Shown piece by piece: positions 13,529 to 25,641 of a stretch of DNA of 64,000 bases (its first letter is position 1; each line of letters opens with the position of its first letter). A model generated the notes under the pieces. That model did no database searches. It was not told where the DNA came from and saw only the letters and a list, made by a program, of their open reading frames with translations. The position numbers and the translations under genes are program-made. The DNA lies in the NCBI GenBank assembly GCA_026914245.1, contig CP110439.1, positions 3,224,001 to 3,288,000 of the forward strand, read 5' to 3'. Origin of the DNA: Puccinia triticina. Lineage: Eukaryota.

Positions 13529-16261
13529 ATGAAGACAACAGCTGTACCTGCGGAAGGATTATCTTTCAATGCAGCTAAGGCAAAGAACAGCGGGACCAAC
13601 CTCTTCAAAGAGCCAGTACCAACAATGATGGAGAAGACCCAAGAGTTGCCCTCCCTCACAAACAATGAAAAGCGGCTTTTACTGTACCATCGCATGTTTG
13701 GTCATGCTGGACTACGAGTGATTCGGAGACTAATCAAAGAGAAAGTGGGTTTAGGCCTACCCGAAGAGCTTCCGCCGGGTGCAATTCACTGCCCAACGTG
13801 TATGATCAACAAGTCCACTAAGCTGAACCCTCTGGGCAAAGGCGATCGAACTGCGAACAAGATGGAGATATGGGCCGCTGATCTAGTAGGACTGTTTCAA
13901 GTCCCTGCGGTAGATGGAGGGAACTATATCCTCACCATGCGGGATGTGGCTACAGGCTACAATTTCGTCAAGGTGCTTAAAGCCAAATCGGAGGCAAACA
14001 ACGCTATCATCGACACCATCAAGCGGCTCGAGAATGCGACAAATCTGTCTGTAAAGATCCTCCGCAGTGACAACGGGGGCGAATTCGCCAACAAGGCATT
14101 GGAGGAATTTCTTCTCAGTAAAGGAATAAACACTGAAAGAGCGCTCCCGTACCATCACTACCAAAACGGTATGATTGAGCGTTTCAATCGAACTATACAG
14201 GCCATGGCAAGGACGGTTCTATCCGACAGCTGTCTCCCTCAGAATTTCTGGAATTACGCGTTCTTGTGGGCAAGCCATATCCTCAATTGCATTCCCAATA
14301 ATGCGAGTGGCAAAATCACTCCGTTTGAAGCACTATTTGGTACCAAGCCGCATTTCAACAGGTTCAGAGCTTTTGGATCCTTTGCTTATGTCCATATCCC
14401 ACCCGAAAAATGGCAGAAACTGGACGCCAGGGCCTACAAGGGTCAGGTAATAGGACACTTAGACTCAAGCAAAGGATGGCTTTTTTGGCTACCTGATGAA
14501 AAGAAATTTCTTGCGTCAGCTATGGCACGTTTTGTTGATGATGACAAGACCCATTTCTTGGATGTTCCCGTAACTGGGGAAGTGTCCTCAGAACCTGCGA
14601 AAGAAGCGGCAAAGAAGATATCTTTAGACTACGTCATGAACTTGATTGAGTTGGGTGATTTCTCCAGGGAAATTGAATTCCACGACCAGGAGCTTATTGT
14701 GGACAAGATAATAGAGTTATGCCAATTTTACTCTATCTCCGTACCAGGGACTTTCAAGCAAGCTATGAAATCGCCAGAAAAGGACGCCTGGTCTAAAGCC
14801 ATTGCTGTAGAACTCAGCAACCTAGAACAGATGAAGGTCTGGATTCTGGGTTTGCGGCCGAGTGACAAAAAAGTGTTAAATGGCCGGTGGGTTTTTGCAG
14901 TAAAACCTGATGTAGATGGGTCAGGGGTGCGTTTCAAAGCGCGTTTTGTAGCAAAGGGTTTCACTCAAGTTGCTGGGACTGATTTCCTGGAAACCTTCGC
15001 ACCTACGGCCACTTTTGTAGCGCTGTGTTTGTTACTGACGGTAGCAGCAGCCTACAACTGGCCGGTGCACAGTTTCGATTTTGTTGCAGCGTATTTGAAC
15101 TCTCCCATCAACAAGGAAGTTTGGATTGAGCCGCCGGAAGGGATGGTGGTCCCCCCTGGGCATGCCCTTTTGCTTAAAAAGGCGCTCTATGGTACGCGCC
15201 AAGCCGCGCGTTGCTGGTGGCTTCACCTGAAACAAACCCTGGACAACCTCGGATATGTGCCTTCTCAATATGATAATTCTTTATATATCTTGCGGCATCC
15301 AACTCTACATGGAGTGATCTGGCTTCATGTAGATGATGGTGTAGTAACCGCCTCTAGTGTGGAGCTTCTAAAGAAGCTAGAACAGGATCTGAGCGCAATT
15401 CTTAAGATAAAATGGAGTGATAAACTCAATTCAATCGTTGGTCTCAATGTCAAGCGAGACGGTCGAGGTTTCACGCTCTGTCAGAAGAACCTGGTGAAAG
15501 GTCTTCTAGACTCGGAATGGGATGGTGTATCAATCTTCAAGACACCTCTTCCGCCGGGTTACAATGGTGTGACTGACCCCAACGGCGATCCGTCTCAATC
15601 TGGAAAATATCTTTCCGTTATTGGGACGCTCAGCTATCTCGCCGTTGGGACGAGACCGGACATTTGTTTTGCTGTTAATTACCTGGCGCGTTTTGCGGCC
15701 AAACCTGGCACGGCTCACTGGAAAGGTTTGAAACATCTTATAGGGTACGTCGCCGGGACAGCGGAAAAGGAGCTGTGTCTATTCCCGACAACCGACAATC
15801 GACCCCTCAAGACCTTTTGCGACGCATCCTGGGGGGGAGAATTTGGACGCTTGGCCTATGGTGTGTATATTTCCTTTTTGAATTGTCCGGTTCTGTGGGT
15901 CGCCAGAAGACAGGCAGCCGTTGCCTCGTCAACCTGCCATGCGGAATACATGGCTCTTGGCGTGGCTACGCGGCAGACACTTTGGGTAAGACATTTATTA
16001 CGCAATGTCCTTCGCGTAGATTTTCTTGGACATCTACATTGTGACAACCAGTCTGCGATAAAGGTGTCTACTGATGATGCTTCTAACAAAAGGACAAGAC
16101 ATTCTGAAAGAGATTTTTACATAACTAACAAAGCTCTATTTCAAAAGAAAACAGTTTTGCACTGGGTAAGTACAAAAGATCAAATAGCAGATATATTCAC
16201 GAAAAGCTTAGGTCCGGAACTTTTCACAAAATTGCGCGGCCTAGTTCTATGCGATGAATGA
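13529..16261 (+). CDS. Copia pol: GAG-pre-integrase/HHCC, integrase, reverse transcriptase, RNase H
   Basis: HRMFGH...CPTC; integrase D, SDNGGEF and NGMIER; RT FKARFVAKGF, LYGTRQA and LHVDD; RNase H CDASW, CDNQSA and ADIFTK. Confidence 0.95.
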   Translation: MKTTAVPAEGLSFNAAKAKNSGTNLFKEPVPTMMEKTQELPSLTNNEKRLLLYHRMFGHAGLRVIRRLIKEKVGLGLPEELPPGAIHCPTCMINKSTKLNPLGKGDRTANKMEIWAADLVGLFQVPAVDGGNYILTMRDVATGYNFVKVLKAKSEANNAIIDTIKRLENATNLSVKILRSDNGGEFANKALEEFLLSKGINTERALPYHHYQNGMIERFNRTIQAMARTVLSDSCLPQNFWNYAFLWASHILNCIPNNASGKITPFEALFGTKPHFNRFRAFGSFAYVHIPPEKWQKLDARAYKGQVIGHLDSSKGWLFWLPDEKKFLASAMARFVDDDKTHFLDVPVTGEVSSEPAKEAAKKISLDYVMNLIELGDFSREIEFHDQELIVDKIIELCQFYSISVPGTFKQAMKSPEKDAWSKAIAVELSNLEQMKVWILGLRPSDKKVLNGRWVFAVKPDVDGSGVRFKARFVAKGFTQVAGTDFLETFAPTATFVALCLLLTVAAAYNWPVHSFDFVAAYLNSPINKEVWIEPPEGMVVPPGHALLLKKALYGTRQAARCWWLHLKQTLDNLGYVPSQYDNSLYILRHPTLHGVIWLHVDDGVVTASSVELLKKLEQDLSAILKIKWSDKLNSIVGLNVKRDGRGFTLCQKNLVKGLLDSEWDGVSIFKTPLPPGYNGVTDPNGDPSQSGKYLSVIGTLSYLAVGTRPDICFAVNYLARFAAKPGTAHWKGLKHLIGYVAGTAEKELCLFPTTDNRPLKTFCDASWGGEFGRLAYGVYISFLNCPVLWVARRQAAVASSTCHAEYMALGVATRQTLWVRHLLRNVLRVDFLGHLHCDNQSAIKVSTDDASNKRTRHSERDFYITNKALFQKKTVLHWVSTKDQIADIFTKSLGPELFTKLRGLVLCDE

Positions 16262-16395
16262 TGTTTGGTGTTCAGCTTTTGTTATTCTTTCTTCCTTCCT
16301 TTCTCTAGATCTTTTGTCTTCTCCAATTTTTTTTCTTTCCTTTCTTCTTTCTCGTAGGCTTGTACGTATGTTAGCGTCTGCGGCGAGAGGGGGGG

Positions 16396-16528
16396 TGTTG
16401 TGACATAGATGTCACAGGCATCTCCGTGACTCGCCGCAGCACGAACCATACTCCTCTTCCCGGGACAATCCCGGGCGTAGGAGAGTTCTCTACGGAATCT
16501 ACAGAGTTTGTGTCTCATCGTCTCAATA
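16396..16528 (+). repeat. 3' LTR of copia element 1
   Basis: Direct repeat of 9866-9998, preceded by the polypurine tract and followed by the TSD. Confidence 0.97.
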
Positions 16529-16752
16529 ATAAGGTCCTTCAGTTGTGTCCCTGGGCCTGTCCAAGCTCGGAGCACAAGCCATTCGAGCGGGGAATCCCGA
16601 AAGATCCTCACCAACTTCGTTCCGACTACATTTAAAATCAGGAATTTCCCAGCTTGCCAAAGGTGGCCTGATTTTTTTGAAAAGGGCACCGACAGACAAC
16701 TGCAGTTCTCTCATCACGCAACTATTTCCACAGTGTTGGGTTTTGTTTCAAA

Positions 16753-18061
16753 ATGAGTACCAGCTTTTCGAATCCAGACTACTCGGTCAAAAGCTATCTC
16801 GACAACAGGCCTCGTTATCCTCAGGAGCTATACGACACCATCCTCGAGTTTCACAAGACGCCGCCCACCGATGGTCACTCGTGTCCGGTGTTCCAAACGA
16901 AGGTCGCCGTGGACTTGGGATGCGGACCGGTGCGTGCCCTCAACACTGCATTATCATCGCAGTCTGGAGGAACCTTGCAGGAAAATTTATCAGTTGGGTT
17001 GCCATTTGTAGGGCATTGCTACCGCGGAACTGGTTCACCGCTTCGAGAAAGTAATCGCTATTGACGAATCTGAGCCGATGATCAAGCTCGCAAGTTCACA
17101 TTTACCTGAACTTGAATGTCATGTTGGAACTGCAACATGTATGCCAGTCGAGTCTGGAACAGTAGACTTGATCACCGTCGCCACCGCAGGTCAGTACTTT
17201 GCCATCCCCCATCGCCTGGTGTGATTTGAGAGATAAGGGAGGATCCTACACGTAACTAACGCGAACTTCCGGGGTTGTTAAATATCTTGTTTTGATATTC
17301 AGCGCATTGGTTTCCGGCTAGTTGGTGGGAAGAAGCGCATCGGGTCCTCAAACCAGGTGGCACGGTAGCACTCTGGACAGTGGCTCACCAGTTGATCATC
17401 GGCAAGCACCACCTCCCGTTTCTTGCGTCAGAAGCGTTCCCGGAACTTGGGCCATAAAATCTTACCAGAATCCATCTCCCTCTGTGCCATCCCAGAACCG
17501 TTTCATCCTAAAAGCTGCGAGCTCACCGATTTACAAACGGCATTCGTTAACGACTTCCGGCCCTATCTTGCAGCTGGTAATGAATATGTCTTCGATATGT
17601 ACGACACGCTTCCCCTTCCATCGCCTGAGTTGAGTTTTGGACCAATCAAGAGAATGTCTTGGAATCGAGAGACGGTCGACGATCCGGAAATGCTCATGGC
17701 CTCCAAGATAAATGTTGACAGTCTGGTTGGTACTTTCTTCTGACCCAGAACGCAGTCAAATAAATTTGTTGATAGGTAATTGGCTTTATTGCACACACAT
17801 ATCTAGCGTAAACGATTTCACACCTACAGTCCAATCTATCGCTGGAGAGCAGGTAAGTGAAGATCGGCTGATCTGTCAAGATATCCATGCTAACACGACC
17901 TGGATTTTTTTTGAAAAGACAATCCTACGAAGAAAGACACTCAGGACGATCCCGTCGAGAAACTGCTTACCAAGCTCAAGAACATCACCAGTTGGGACGA
18001 CTCAACTGAGTTTACAGCTGGCTATCCCTTAGCCCTGATCATGACCAAAAAACTTTCATGA
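16753..18061 (+). CDS. Class I SAM-dependent methyltransferase (TMT1/CRG1-like, Methyltransf_11), multi-exon
   Basis: SYLDNRPRYPQELY, motif I VAVDLGCG(P), VDLITVATA-HWF and HRVLKPGGTVA across GT-AG introns. Confidence 0.85.
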
Positions 18062-18656
18062 TTTCCAAAGCAAGCGTCAGAGACGTAGATGTTAATTGCG
18101 GTCATTGTACGATCTTCTCAAGCTTCAAATAGCTTCGTTTGTATTGTTTATTGTTACGGATTGGCATTGTGTTGATTAATCCATTGGAAAGATAGAGCAA
18201 GAAAACAAGACACAGGGAATGGAAAAAACGACAAATCAATCAAACCAAATCAGAGGGAAAAAGACGAGTTGTCGGAGAACAAGCCTACTGAATACATGAG
18301 GGCATATCCGTCAGTACCAGTATCTCACCCTGATTGCTGGATCCAGCTGAATCATGCTTTTATTCTATCAAAGAAGAGGTTGGAAATGGAAAAGAGGGGA
18401 TCCCTGTAAAATCTTCTTCGGAATAACCCAGTGAACCGTTTTGTCGAGTGCTGAACGTCGTCTGCTTCTCATATATTTTAGCGGCAGAGGTATGGTACCG
18501 AAGTATATCATGGGAAGGCGTACATGTAAACGTCGTGTTGTTTGCGGTTTCCAATCCCAAGATCAAAGTAGGTTGGCAAATTAATTATGTTCTTATTGTT
18601 CTTCATCGTCTTGATATCCGTGAAAACCTTTTCTTACTGTCAAAGGGTGTAATGAA

Positions 18657-19729
18657 CTATGATGGTTGTTTTGGAAGGATATCATGTTTCTCAGGCGACA
18701 GCAGTTCAGCTTGTTGTTTTTTTGATTTAAGTAATTCGTCTTCCCATTCCTCCTGCTGAGTACGATAGATAGCCATGGTTGCCTTTGCATCATCGATCTT
18801 GAAGAAAAAGGAAGGGTTTCCCAAAACAAAGTATGTGCCGACACCAAGCCAGATAAGTTTTCCTTTGTGGAAAAAATTGATCACCGGTCGACGAGAATTG
18901 AAATACGAGACTCAACTGAACAATGTGATTTTTGCTGAATTTGTAAATCTAATATCAGCTTTGCTAACTTCTTCAAGCTAGGCCGGTCTGTTTTAGCCAG
19001 AGTCAACAACGGCTGGTAAGTCGACGTATCTCGTATCAGGTCTGGAGGATGCTTCATTGCTAAGGCCTTCAGGTGATGTTGGAAGAAAACAAAATAGGCG
19101 TTTCCAAGTTCCGTCCGATCAGACACAGGAGAGTGAATGGATCAGCCAAAGGAGCCTCGGATAGGTAGACAGATCAACTGGTGTCTTGCCTGTAAGTCGT
19201 GGTGGATCGCATGGCCTACCAAGATCTTTTTGTCTATCAGTCGTGAAACAATTTTCGTGACGGCTTTAAAGCCACGAGCTTTTTCATTGGAGATGGGCGG
19301 CACTCTAAGTGGATCAGTGGTCTGTATTTTGAGGAGAAGAGAAAGTTTGGCCCACCATTTCTCAAGTGTTTGGGTCTGATACCGCTGACCCAGGTACGGT
19401 ATTGGGTGACTGGTTGGGTGGGTTTGACGTATTCGTCGAGGAGGACATTTCCATGAAAATCCACGATGCTCACTCGTGCCAGTGCACTCACACTGCCGTT
19501 CGGTCCCACGCCCACCATCTCGCAATCGATCGCCACATAGTTCCTAGCACAGCGGCACATACAATCAATTTATGCTACCAAGCTTGGAGAGATGAAGGGA
19601 CGCTTACTGTTGTTGAGCTTTAGTCAGCATTGTGAGTTTTTTGGCCCGCTTTGGCTGGATGGTTTTGGGGACGAGCGGTGAGGAGACGAAGAATTGTTTG
19701 AGCTGGTTGAAGAATGATCCCAGGCCCAT
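18657..19729 (-). CDS. REX4: RNA exonuclease 4 (DEDDh 3'-5' exonuclease), multi-exon
   Basis: [13 protein letters not shown]...[48 protein letters not shown]. Start inferred at ATG 19729 (MGLGSFF...). Confidence 0.88.
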
Positions 19730-19990
19730 TGTGCTGGGCGAGGCGAGGTAAGCGACAGGCCTCGGCTGCGGTCACCCGAGCTGAAAAATATCTCGGCACA
19801 AGCCGCAGCGCGACCGCAAAGCGTCTCCCGCCCCGCGAGCATGGGTGTCAAGTTCGGCAGTCGCCCCGCCCGTTCCGGTTGGTGGTTCCGAGCGCCCCGA
19901 TAATCCGATAATCAGGTTCGGTGGTCCCCGTACCCGGCGAAGTGCCAGCTTCAGGAGACCAGGCCCGGCAGCGCAAAGCTGTCAGGAAGG

Positions 19991-21525
19991 ATGACCGGCA
20001 ACTCCAGCAAGTTCTACCGCTCACTGGCACAATGGAACGACCAGCAACCAACACAGGAACTGCTGCCGCGTTCCCTACAAGGGCTTTCCCTCAGGTCGAT
20101 CAACCTACTCAAGAATCTGATCGAGTTGCCCGCCCAACCAGACCCTTTCCCCAAAAAACGCCGAGCGGCGGTGATGGTGCGTGAGCCGGATTCTGTCCAT
20201 CGTAATACAAATATATAACTTGATACTCACCTCCGCCGTTTTGTGTCGCCCAGGTCGGATTGTTCGCCAGTCGCCAAGGCCATCTCAATGTCTTGCTAAC
20301 TCGGAGGAGCAAAACTATGCGGACATACGTACGCTAATATGTCTCTTGAAAGGAATATACATGCAGTGTAGCCGACAGGTTGTTTTGGATTCGATACCAA
20401 TCACATAAGGCTGGCGAAACAGCCCTACCAGGAGGAAAGATGGAACCACAAGACTTGTCACTCGAAGATACCGCTCGCCGCGAAGCACACGAAGAATGTG
20501 GGATCACCCTCAACCGGCATAAAGTCCGAAAATTGGCCACCTTATCGCCCTTTCTAACTCGCGGAAACCTCATTGTCACCCCCATCGTATTTTTCATTGC
20601 CGATCAAACTTTAATGGTAAGAAACATCTCATCTTCACTTCTTACACTCCCGATTTCTCATCTTCACATAATCGTTAATCGATCTTTTCCCCCTCTCTCT
20701 CAGCCAATTCTGGAGTTTAGATAAAAGTAACAAAATATGAACGCATCCTCTTCCTTTTTTTCCCTAAAAACCCCTACATTATTGCTTAGCCTCGACTCAA
20801 TGCCAAGGAAGTGGATGTATTGTTCTCGCACCCTTTGGAGGATTTCCTAACAGGTGATTACCACACAATCCCAAGGAACCATGTTTCTTTGCATACTTTT
20901 CCACTCTTCATCATCGATTACTGATTGGGGGTGGTCTCTGCTTTTCTTCAAGGTCCAATATCTCGTTCATTCAACACTGATTGGTTTTCAACCCACTTAC
21001 CCTACCGATTGTTTGAGTTTCCCAGTAAACATTCCCCCATCGTTGGATTCACTGCGTGAGTACTCTAGAGAATCAATTTTGAAAACCTACAAGACTCTAT
21101 TGAGGATGGATTTATATCAGAGACCATCCGGCCCTGTTTTCTAATCACGGCAAAAGCTGCATCATGGAAATTTGGATGACGAAAGATCTGAAAATGTGAA
21201 GGAGGTTTTGTTGCTGACAGAATGATACTTTTTTCACAGGGACGTTCTGATTGAAGTGGCAGTTCTAGGATACGGACGTGAGCCGGAATTTGAAAGGAAA
21301 GCAGCCGGTCAATTGTCTATGTCAGAAATCATCACGATCGCTCTGAGAGAAGCGCCCGAATTCCAATCAGATGAACAAGCTCACCACGTCGCTAAACATG
21401 ATATCTTGGAAGACGGTCCAAGAAGCCCTTTGGCTCGACTCCGGTATGCTCTAAAGCTTTCGCCGAACGTCCTCATCTCTGAAACGTTTTCTTCCCTCCG
21501 AAAATTTGTAGGGGCAAAACTGTAG
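19991..21525 (+). CDS. Nudix hydrolase, CoA-diphosphatase type (PCD1/NUDT7-like), multi-exon
   Basis: KKRRAAVM..., LLTRRSKTMRT, ALPGGKMEPQDLSLEDTARREAHEECG (Nudix box), VTPIV. The final ORF ends in AKL, a PTS1-like peroxisomal signal. Confidence 0.85.
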
Positions 21526-22746
21526 CTTTTGCTCCTACGGCTGTTGCCATTGAATTGGTTGGCTTGTACTTTTTTTCCTCAAAACTGATTTCAACTAATG
21601 TCTACTGTTTACTCATCATGTTCCAATTTATCAACCTTAATATTGGTTGTTTTGTCAGGCCAGTGAGCAGCATTTTAGAATAATGAATTCACCATCTCAG
21701 ACAGTCCACCAGAGGACAGATGATTATGTTGCGTCTTGATTGCAGAGGAGAAAATCATGAACCTTGGGATATGGGATTGAGCGACTGATGATTGTCGGAA
21801 TTTGCAATGAAAATGCAAAGGAGTGAACTTGTCCTCATCTGTTTGGGTATCTGCTTGACCAATGTGCTTTGCCATCACGTGACAGGTATTTAAAGCGTAT
21901 AATTTACTTGAGCAGCCCTTGTGTTCAATTGGCATGGAAGTTGCTACACTTGTTAAGCTATCAAGCGTGTTCACCGCCTGGTCGAGGTGTCATGTCAGAC
22001 GCCAAGGGTCCGTAAATAATTAATGCGAAAAAAACTCATGTTCTGATTCAAAAAAACACCAAGAAAGCAAACAAAGTAACGGCAAAAACGGAGAGCAAGA
22101 AAAATTTGCTTGCATCTTGCGCAAGGCCGGGGACCTTCACCTAAGGCAAGAGTTACGATTACAAACCACGAAATGACAAAAAAAGGCCGCAGATCAGAGG
22201 TACTCTCGCCAGCAAGTGCTCCCGATGCTTTGTTAAGATCGTTGCTAAGCGTCGCTCGTATACGCCCATGCTAGGCTTCAGTAGTGGTGCCGCAGGTTGA
22301 GCGGTGGCAATAATCATTCAAACCTACCGTCTTGATCACAATCCCCTACTATCCTGAGGGCCCTTGCCTGACGCAAGCAGTCTCTCAAGGAAGTCTAACC
22401 CAGTCCATTTGAGAATCCTACTACAGCATTAACATGGAGTGCCTTTTACCCTCCATCAATCTGGGGCCTGGACTTCGGCTTCAGTGCACGGTATCATGGA
22501 TGGCATTGGAACCCTGCAACCGATTAACTTATCTTGTCGTACTTCCAACCTAATCCAGTCTTCGGCCCCAATCTGTATCTCCTCTTTCCAAAGCCTTCAT
22601 TATTCGCACTATTATTGAATTTCATCTATCCCAGCGCTCTTCGTTTGCACCATCCCCTCCAGTCCGAAGACCTCGAGGAGACCTCACCGGCTATATCCCC
22701 TCCCTTGAGCCGTTCAACCATCAAACATATCATTCCCACCTCCTTG

Positions 22747-24520
22747 ATGCCCAATATGATGATCATGGCCTGTACCAACGGAAATGATGGATACCCCTGC
22801 CAGGCCGAATTCAATCGCCGGATGGAGCACTACATTGCTAGAAAAAAACGCTCGGAGAGAACTGTGGTTGTGCGTGATCTTAACAATTAGCACTTCAATC
22901 TTGACGGCATATTCTCAGACTGACTTATTATGGATGAACGTGCGTGCAATTGCCACTGCCGGCCTTCTTTGATTATGTATACAGAGTGAAGGCGAGCTGG
23001 CGATAATCTATCAACTTTTGTCGGACCCGGCCGCCATGCGAGCCGAGGTGGACGTCAGCCATCGGACCTGGGTGAAAAAAACTTTCATGCTCAAATCGTT
23101 TGGCAATGGTACCTTCGTCTGTCACAAGGATAAAGGCCAATCAATTTCTCAGCCGGTGGCGTCGAAGGAGAACATGTACTTCATCCTCAAGCAAGCACAC
23201 GCCTCGGAAGGACATGGGGGTCGAGACAAGACCGCTAAAGCCGTGAAGAAGACGCACTCTTTTATTCGTAAAGGCCTGATTTGTCTGTTCTTGGAAGTTT
23301 GTCCGACCTGCAAGACCCGCAATGAGGCAGTGAAGAAAGATAAACTGGCAAACGCCCAAAGCGCCAGCGAAGCACCCAGTCCTCTCAGTCACTTGGAGTC
23401 TGCTGGAAGCATCGATTCATGGGACCAATCCTCGCTGCAAATACACCCAGCTCACTCCTTAAACCCCTACCAGAGCAGCAGCTATCATCCAACATCCCCG
23501 CTTTATCCCGTGGAGGACAATCAAAGGTTGACCATTCCAACCTTGAGCACTGCCCTGAGAAGAGCGCCTTCGCATGGCGTTGTCGGAACTTTGTTCCCTG
23601 ATCCGGGTACCAGTCATGCTCGTAGTCACACCTTCCCCCTTATCGACAACAGCTACCCTCTTCAGCAAGAACAATTCGCGCAGTCTCCCGTTGGATTTGG
23701 TTTTCAATCTCCACTACTGAGCGCCGTTGGCTCCCAGGGTGGCTCGGTGTACGAGTCCTATAATATCGACCATCTATCCGAGCTGACGGCCGCACTCCAG
23801 CAGCAAAGTTTCTGTCCTCCAATCTTCTCAGTTCAGGTCGATGCGCCTGGCAATGAAGTACGAAGTTCCGGGCAAGATTTCTTCACTCATGATCCGACTT
23901 ATTTCGATCTCCACCAGCACCAGTCACAGATTTCTTCTGAGGCCATGAACTTACAGGGATCTTCCAACAATCTATACGACCCCATTAATGTCCCCTATCT
24001 CTTGAGCTCTCAACCTGAGCAAACTTTTCAATCCACATCAGCCATCACCCACTTCGACTCTTTCAATAACCCAGATCCCAGTTTGGAGGATGATCGGTCT
24101 CCCTCCCACTCAACTGCACAAGCTCATGAGGATAACTTCAGCAAATCCCGCATGAGCTCCGTGGGGCCACCTACCTCGTTGGAATTCAATACCTACGACC
24201 TCATGTCCTCCTATAACCCCGCCGACTCGGTCCAGGATGAGACCTTCGCGCAAATCCAGCCGCAGGAGGGTGGTCGCCGCTCTTTCCAGGACAAGAATCA
24301 CAAACATCTATCGCTCCAATCACTCGAGGACTCCCAGAACATTCAGGACACCTTCCGGAACAGCGGCTCTGGGACATACTCCGGCCCTTCGACGGCTGGA
24401 TCCATGTGGACAACTGCTGGCGATGCAAGCACGCCCATGTTGACCGCCGACTACCAACAATTAATGTCCAGCTTTGCTACAACTGGCGAAAGTTTTAGCC
24501 GGGAAGAAGCACTACCCTGA
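22747..24520 (+). CDS. Protein with an integrase-type HHCC zinc-binding domain and a long S/Q/P-rich tail (2 exons)
   Basis: Exon 1 at 22747-22869, intron 22870-22984. Motif ILKQAHASEGHGGRDKT...CLFLEVCPTC. No DDE core or other TE domains. Confidence 0.8.
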
Positions 24521-25348
24521 AAACTTCCCCGTGATCTCGAGCCCATCGATGCGCGTTTCTACATCATCTCCCCAGTCTTGCTGTTCTCCATCAACTCCCC
24601 ACCTTTTTTCTTGCCTGATTTTTTTTCTTGCATGCTATGGATCTTGATGGTCATAAAAACGCTTATATCAACATGAAATCTGTCTTAAGGATCTTGGAGA
24701 CTCGCCTCTAGCGTCCATTAATGCACATGTACCCCTCCCCCCTCCCTCTATCGATCCTTAAATGTCTAAGTGCATCCATTGGTTACAAATTTTAATTATA
24801 TTCCTTGATTCCATGTTCAGTCCACTTCTTTTTGTCTGCAATGGGGCCAGACATTTAAAAAAATGCTATTTCCCTAAGGCTTGGCATGTACCACGGAAAA
24901 GTGGAACCCGGGTACATAACAATTAATTAAATGAAAAAATTATCATGCCATTTCTGAATGTCTGATCATCATTTGCATAATTTTAGATGAGCTTTGATAC
25001 TATTATCTTTGCCTAGAAATCAGCTGAAAACAACAGGTACAAAAGCAGAAAATGGGGTATGCAGGCACAAATTGCAGAAAAAACAGGTAGTACAGTGGGT
25101 TATCTCGTATTTTTGGTATCACCTCGGTAGCCAATCTCATGCCTTGAATTCTGTGTCCTGAGCTTCTGCATTGAAAAATGCAGTGTCAAAAACATTACAT
25201 AACCCACTGTACATTGATTAAACCCTAAATCCAGAGAGTGAATTTTCATCAATTTTTGGTGGATGGTCTCTCACTCAAATTATCACATAACACACGAGTC
25301 CCTCTCTCCCGGAGGGGCTTTGCCACCAACCAAACGCTTTTCCCATCA

Positions 25349-25641
25349 GAGCATTCTTACCGGTCGAGCTATGTTGGCGCGAGTTTTGACTCGCAGCTGT
25401 TTCAAACTAACTTAGCAACAGCGATTCAGCCGTATTGGTTCGGCTTGCGCGGGGTGGAGCTGAGTGGTGGGCGCGGGAAATGGCAGTTAGCTTCGAGCTA
25501 ACCGTCACTAAATGTAGTGACAGTTAGCTGAAATTCAAGCTTCTCACTAATTTAGCTTGGGCTTAGCTACACCCGGTGTGGTTGAGATTGGTGGCTAAAC
25601 TAGCTAATTTCGAGCTAAACTAGTCACCGGTAAGGATGCTC
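25349..25641. mobile_element. PIF/Harbinger (Tourist-like) MITE
   Basis: 16-bp TIRs GAGCATTCTTACCGGT / ACCGGTAAGGATGCTC (1 mismatch), 3-bp TSD TCA, many internal AGCTA/TAGCT motifs. Confidence 0.85.

Larger units (their letters stand above)
9866..16528 (+). mobile_element. Ty1/copia LTR retrotransposon (element 1), full length, defective
   Basis: 133-bp LTRs at 9866-9998 and 16396-16528 (1 mismatch). 5-bp TSD ATAAG at 9861-9865 and 16529-16533. PBS GGTTATGAGCCC at 9999-10010 and a G-rich PPT ending at 16395. Domain order gag-PR-IN-RT-RH. Confidence 0.97.

Noticed and set aside
9650..16717. Minus-strand ORFs on both flanks that join when copia element 1 is removed
   Set aside because: The joined peptides show no recognisable domain or convincing exon structure; the site looks like the methyltransferase upstream region.
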